From: Stegostoma tigrinum
Lineage: Eukaryota
DNA length: 64,000 nt
Assembly: GCF_030684315.1 (NCBI RefSeq)
Contig: NC_081387.1
Location: 6,118,497 to 6,182,496, forward strand
Direction: 5' to 3'
Of the stretch, positions 61,459 to 64,000 are shown one piece after another. Numbering within the stretch: the stretch's first letter is position 1; each line of letters opens with the position of its first letter. Below the pieces are notes generated by a model that was not told the origin of the DNA, ran no database searches, and was given only the letters and a program-made list of their open reading frames with translations. The position numbers and the translations under genes are program-made.

Positions 61459-62484
61459 TCACCTACTGTGACAACCGTGTTGTTATTGCATCTTACCATG
61501 GTCTGCCTGGATATCTGTTCCTCAATGTCACGGTGGCGGTTAGGATTCCGAGATTATATCCCTATCAACAGGAATGCATCTATCATATTTTTGAACTCTA
61601 CCCACATTGTTTCAATGGAAGAGCCTCTACTGTGACATTTTCCCTGATTAGTATTGCATCTCAGTCACCTCTTTTAACTTCCTCTCTATCTTGTTTAAAA
61701 TAACAAAACCCTGGAAATTTGAGCAGCCAGCCCTGTCTCTCTATCTATCTCAACCAAGCCTCTGCAATGGCCACAGCATCATAGTTCCATGTACTGATCC
61801 AGTTTCTAAACTCAGCTGCATTAATGATAATATGCCCTGCATTGAAACAAGCACACTTTAGCCCATTAGTACCGTTGTGTTTAATCGCCTGTCTCTGCCT
61901 GTCCTTCATTTACAAATTACAGCTCCTAACATCTACCTCCCCCTCAATCCCCTCCACTTGCTGATTTCCTGCTCTGAATCTCAGACACCTGACATTCTGG
62001 CTAACTATCTGAATTAGCAGTAGTGAAACTCCCTGCGACTATATTGGTTCCCCTCCAGTTTGCATGCAAAACCTCCCCCTGTATAGATTCCCCCTGCCCC
62101 AGAAGAGGTCCCAATGATTCAAATACCAGAAATCCTTGCCCTGCACCAGCTATTTTTCCGGACATTCATCTGTCACACCTTTTTATTTCTTGCCCCACTA
62201 GCAGGTACTACTTGGAATAACCCAAAGATTGCGACACTTGAGGTTCTGCTTATCAGCCTCTGTTCTAACTCACCATACTCACTCCTCAGGACCTCATCCC
62301 TCTTTCTACCTCTGTCATTGATACCAATGTGCACAACGAAGCCTGGCTGCTCGCCACCCCACCCCCTTAAGAATTTCATACTACCTCTCAGATATAAATT
62401 TGATCCTGGCACTGAGGAGGCAATACACCATACTGGAGCCTCTAACACTGCCTCAGAAATTCTTGCCTGTACATCTAATTAATG

Positions 62485-64000
62485 AGCATCCTACTACTAT
62501 CGCTTGCTTGGACTTTGCCCAACCCTGCCTTCCAGCAGAGCCAGTAATGGTGCCACAAGCCGAACTGCTACTGTTATACTCCCCCGAGAGGTTATGCTGG
62601 AGCCTAACTTTACGGCTCTTGAGCTCAATCCCTCATTAATGAAAGGTAACACACCATACGCCTTCTTTACAACTCTATCCACCTGGGTGGCAGCTTTCAG
62701 GGAACTGTGGACGTGAACCCCAAGATCCCTCTGCTCCTCCACACTGCCAAAAATCTTTCCATTAACACTGTATTCTGCTTTCAAGTTTGTCTTTCCAAAA
62801 TGAATCACCTCACACTTTTCAGGGTTAAGCTCCATCTGCCACTTCTCAGCCCAACTCTGCATCCCTTTGTAACATCGAACAGCTCTCCATACTATCCTCA
62901 ACTCGACCAACCTTCGGATCGTCCACGAACTTACTAATCCATTCTTCCACTCCGACTTCCAAATCATTTACAAGAATCACAAAGAGCAGAGAACACAGAA
63001 CAGATCCCAAATGAGCACCATGATGAATATTTTCTGTCTACTACCACCCTTTGGCTTCTAAGGGTCAGCCAATTCCATAACCAATCTGCCACATTTCCCT
63101 CTATCCCATGCCTCCTTATCTTCTGCATGAGCCTACCATTGGGAGCTTTATCAAATGCCTTACTTAAATCCATGCATACCATATCCACTGCTCTACCTTC
63201 ATCCACATGTTTGGTCACCTCTTCAAAGAATTCAATAAGGTTTGTGAAGCATGATCTACCCATCACAAATCCATGTTATCATCAATCAAACTATGCATAC
63301 CCAGGTGATCATAAATCCTATCTCTCAGAGCCCTTTCCAATAATTTTCCCACTACTAACATCAAACTAACTGGCCTATAATTTCTGGGGTTATCCCTATT
63401 CCCATTTCTGAACAAGGGAATAAGGTTTGCCTCTCTCCAATCTTCAGGGCAGTGAGGATGAAAAGATCATCGTCAAAGAAGCTGTGATCTCTTCCGTCTC
63501 TTCCCATAGAATCCTTGGATAAATCCCATCAGGCCCTGGGGACTAATTTATCTTCAACTTCCTCAAAATTCCTAGTACATCTTCCTACTGACATCAACCT
63601 CCTCTAGCCTACCAGCCTGCTTCACACAGTCCTCCTCTACAACTCGGCCGCTCTCGGTTGTGAATACTGAAGAAAAGTATTCATTGAGGACCTCTCCTGT
63701 GTCTTTGGACTTTGTGCACAAATTTCCTTTCCAATCCTTGATAGGCCCGACCCTTTCTCTGGTCATTCTCTTATTCCTCACACACATGTAAAAGGCCTTG
63801 GAGTTTTACTTGATCCTATCTGCCAAAGTTTTCTCATGCCCACTTCTAGCTCTCCTAAGCCCTTTCTTCAGCTCCTTCCTGCTTAACTTGTAGCCCGCTA
63901 GAGCCGTTTCCGATCTTTGTTTCCTCAACTTGATATCAGCATCCTTCTTTCTCTTAACCAGTCATTCAACCTGTCTTGACAACCAAGGCTTCCTCATTCG
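62485..64000 (-). mobile_element. CR1 LINE ORF2 fragment, runs off the window end
   Basis: RSCFTNLIEFFEEVTK...DLSKAFDK and WAEKWQMELNPEKCEVIHFG motifs. Confidence 0.88.

Larger units (their letters stand above)
55700..62480 (-). mobile_element. Long decayed CR1 LINE(s), interrupted by the Penelope palindrome
   Basis: LEYYIQLWSPH, SGIPHGSLLGP and KSPGPDGI motifs; endonuclease region; esterase-like ORF1 VVHIGIND.GRK (62173-62448). Confidence 0.85.

Overview
Repeat-rich vertebrate genomic DNA, most likely from a shark (inferred from the HE1-like V-SINE, the CR1 and Penelope repeat complement and the MHC sequence). The centre is a small cluster of MHC class I heavy-chain genes. (1) An intact + strand gene with seven coding exons (27983-39094, 346 aa) looks nonclassical: its alpha2 domain lacks both cysteines of the canonical C101-C164 disulfide, and about half of the peptide-anchoring residues are changed. 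(2) A convergent - strand pseudogene paralog (45857-41511) keeps a kB/ISRE/X/Y promoter and has a highly divergent alpha1 exon. (3) A third copy survives only as an isolated alpha2 exon (48368-48592). The rest is mostly mobile DNA: Penelope-like (RT + GIY-YIG) retroelements, many inserted as inverted repeats of 0.2-3 kb with minimal hammerhead-ribozyme cores and 14-16 bp target-site duplications; CR1 LINEs; Gmr1-like Gypsy fragments and solo LTRs; Harbinger remnants; SINEs; and three minisatellites. A decayed GTPase-associated gene fragment and two short local templated duplications are also present. Most ORFs in the supplied track are repeat-derived or spurious. All family assignments come from motif recognition, not database searches.
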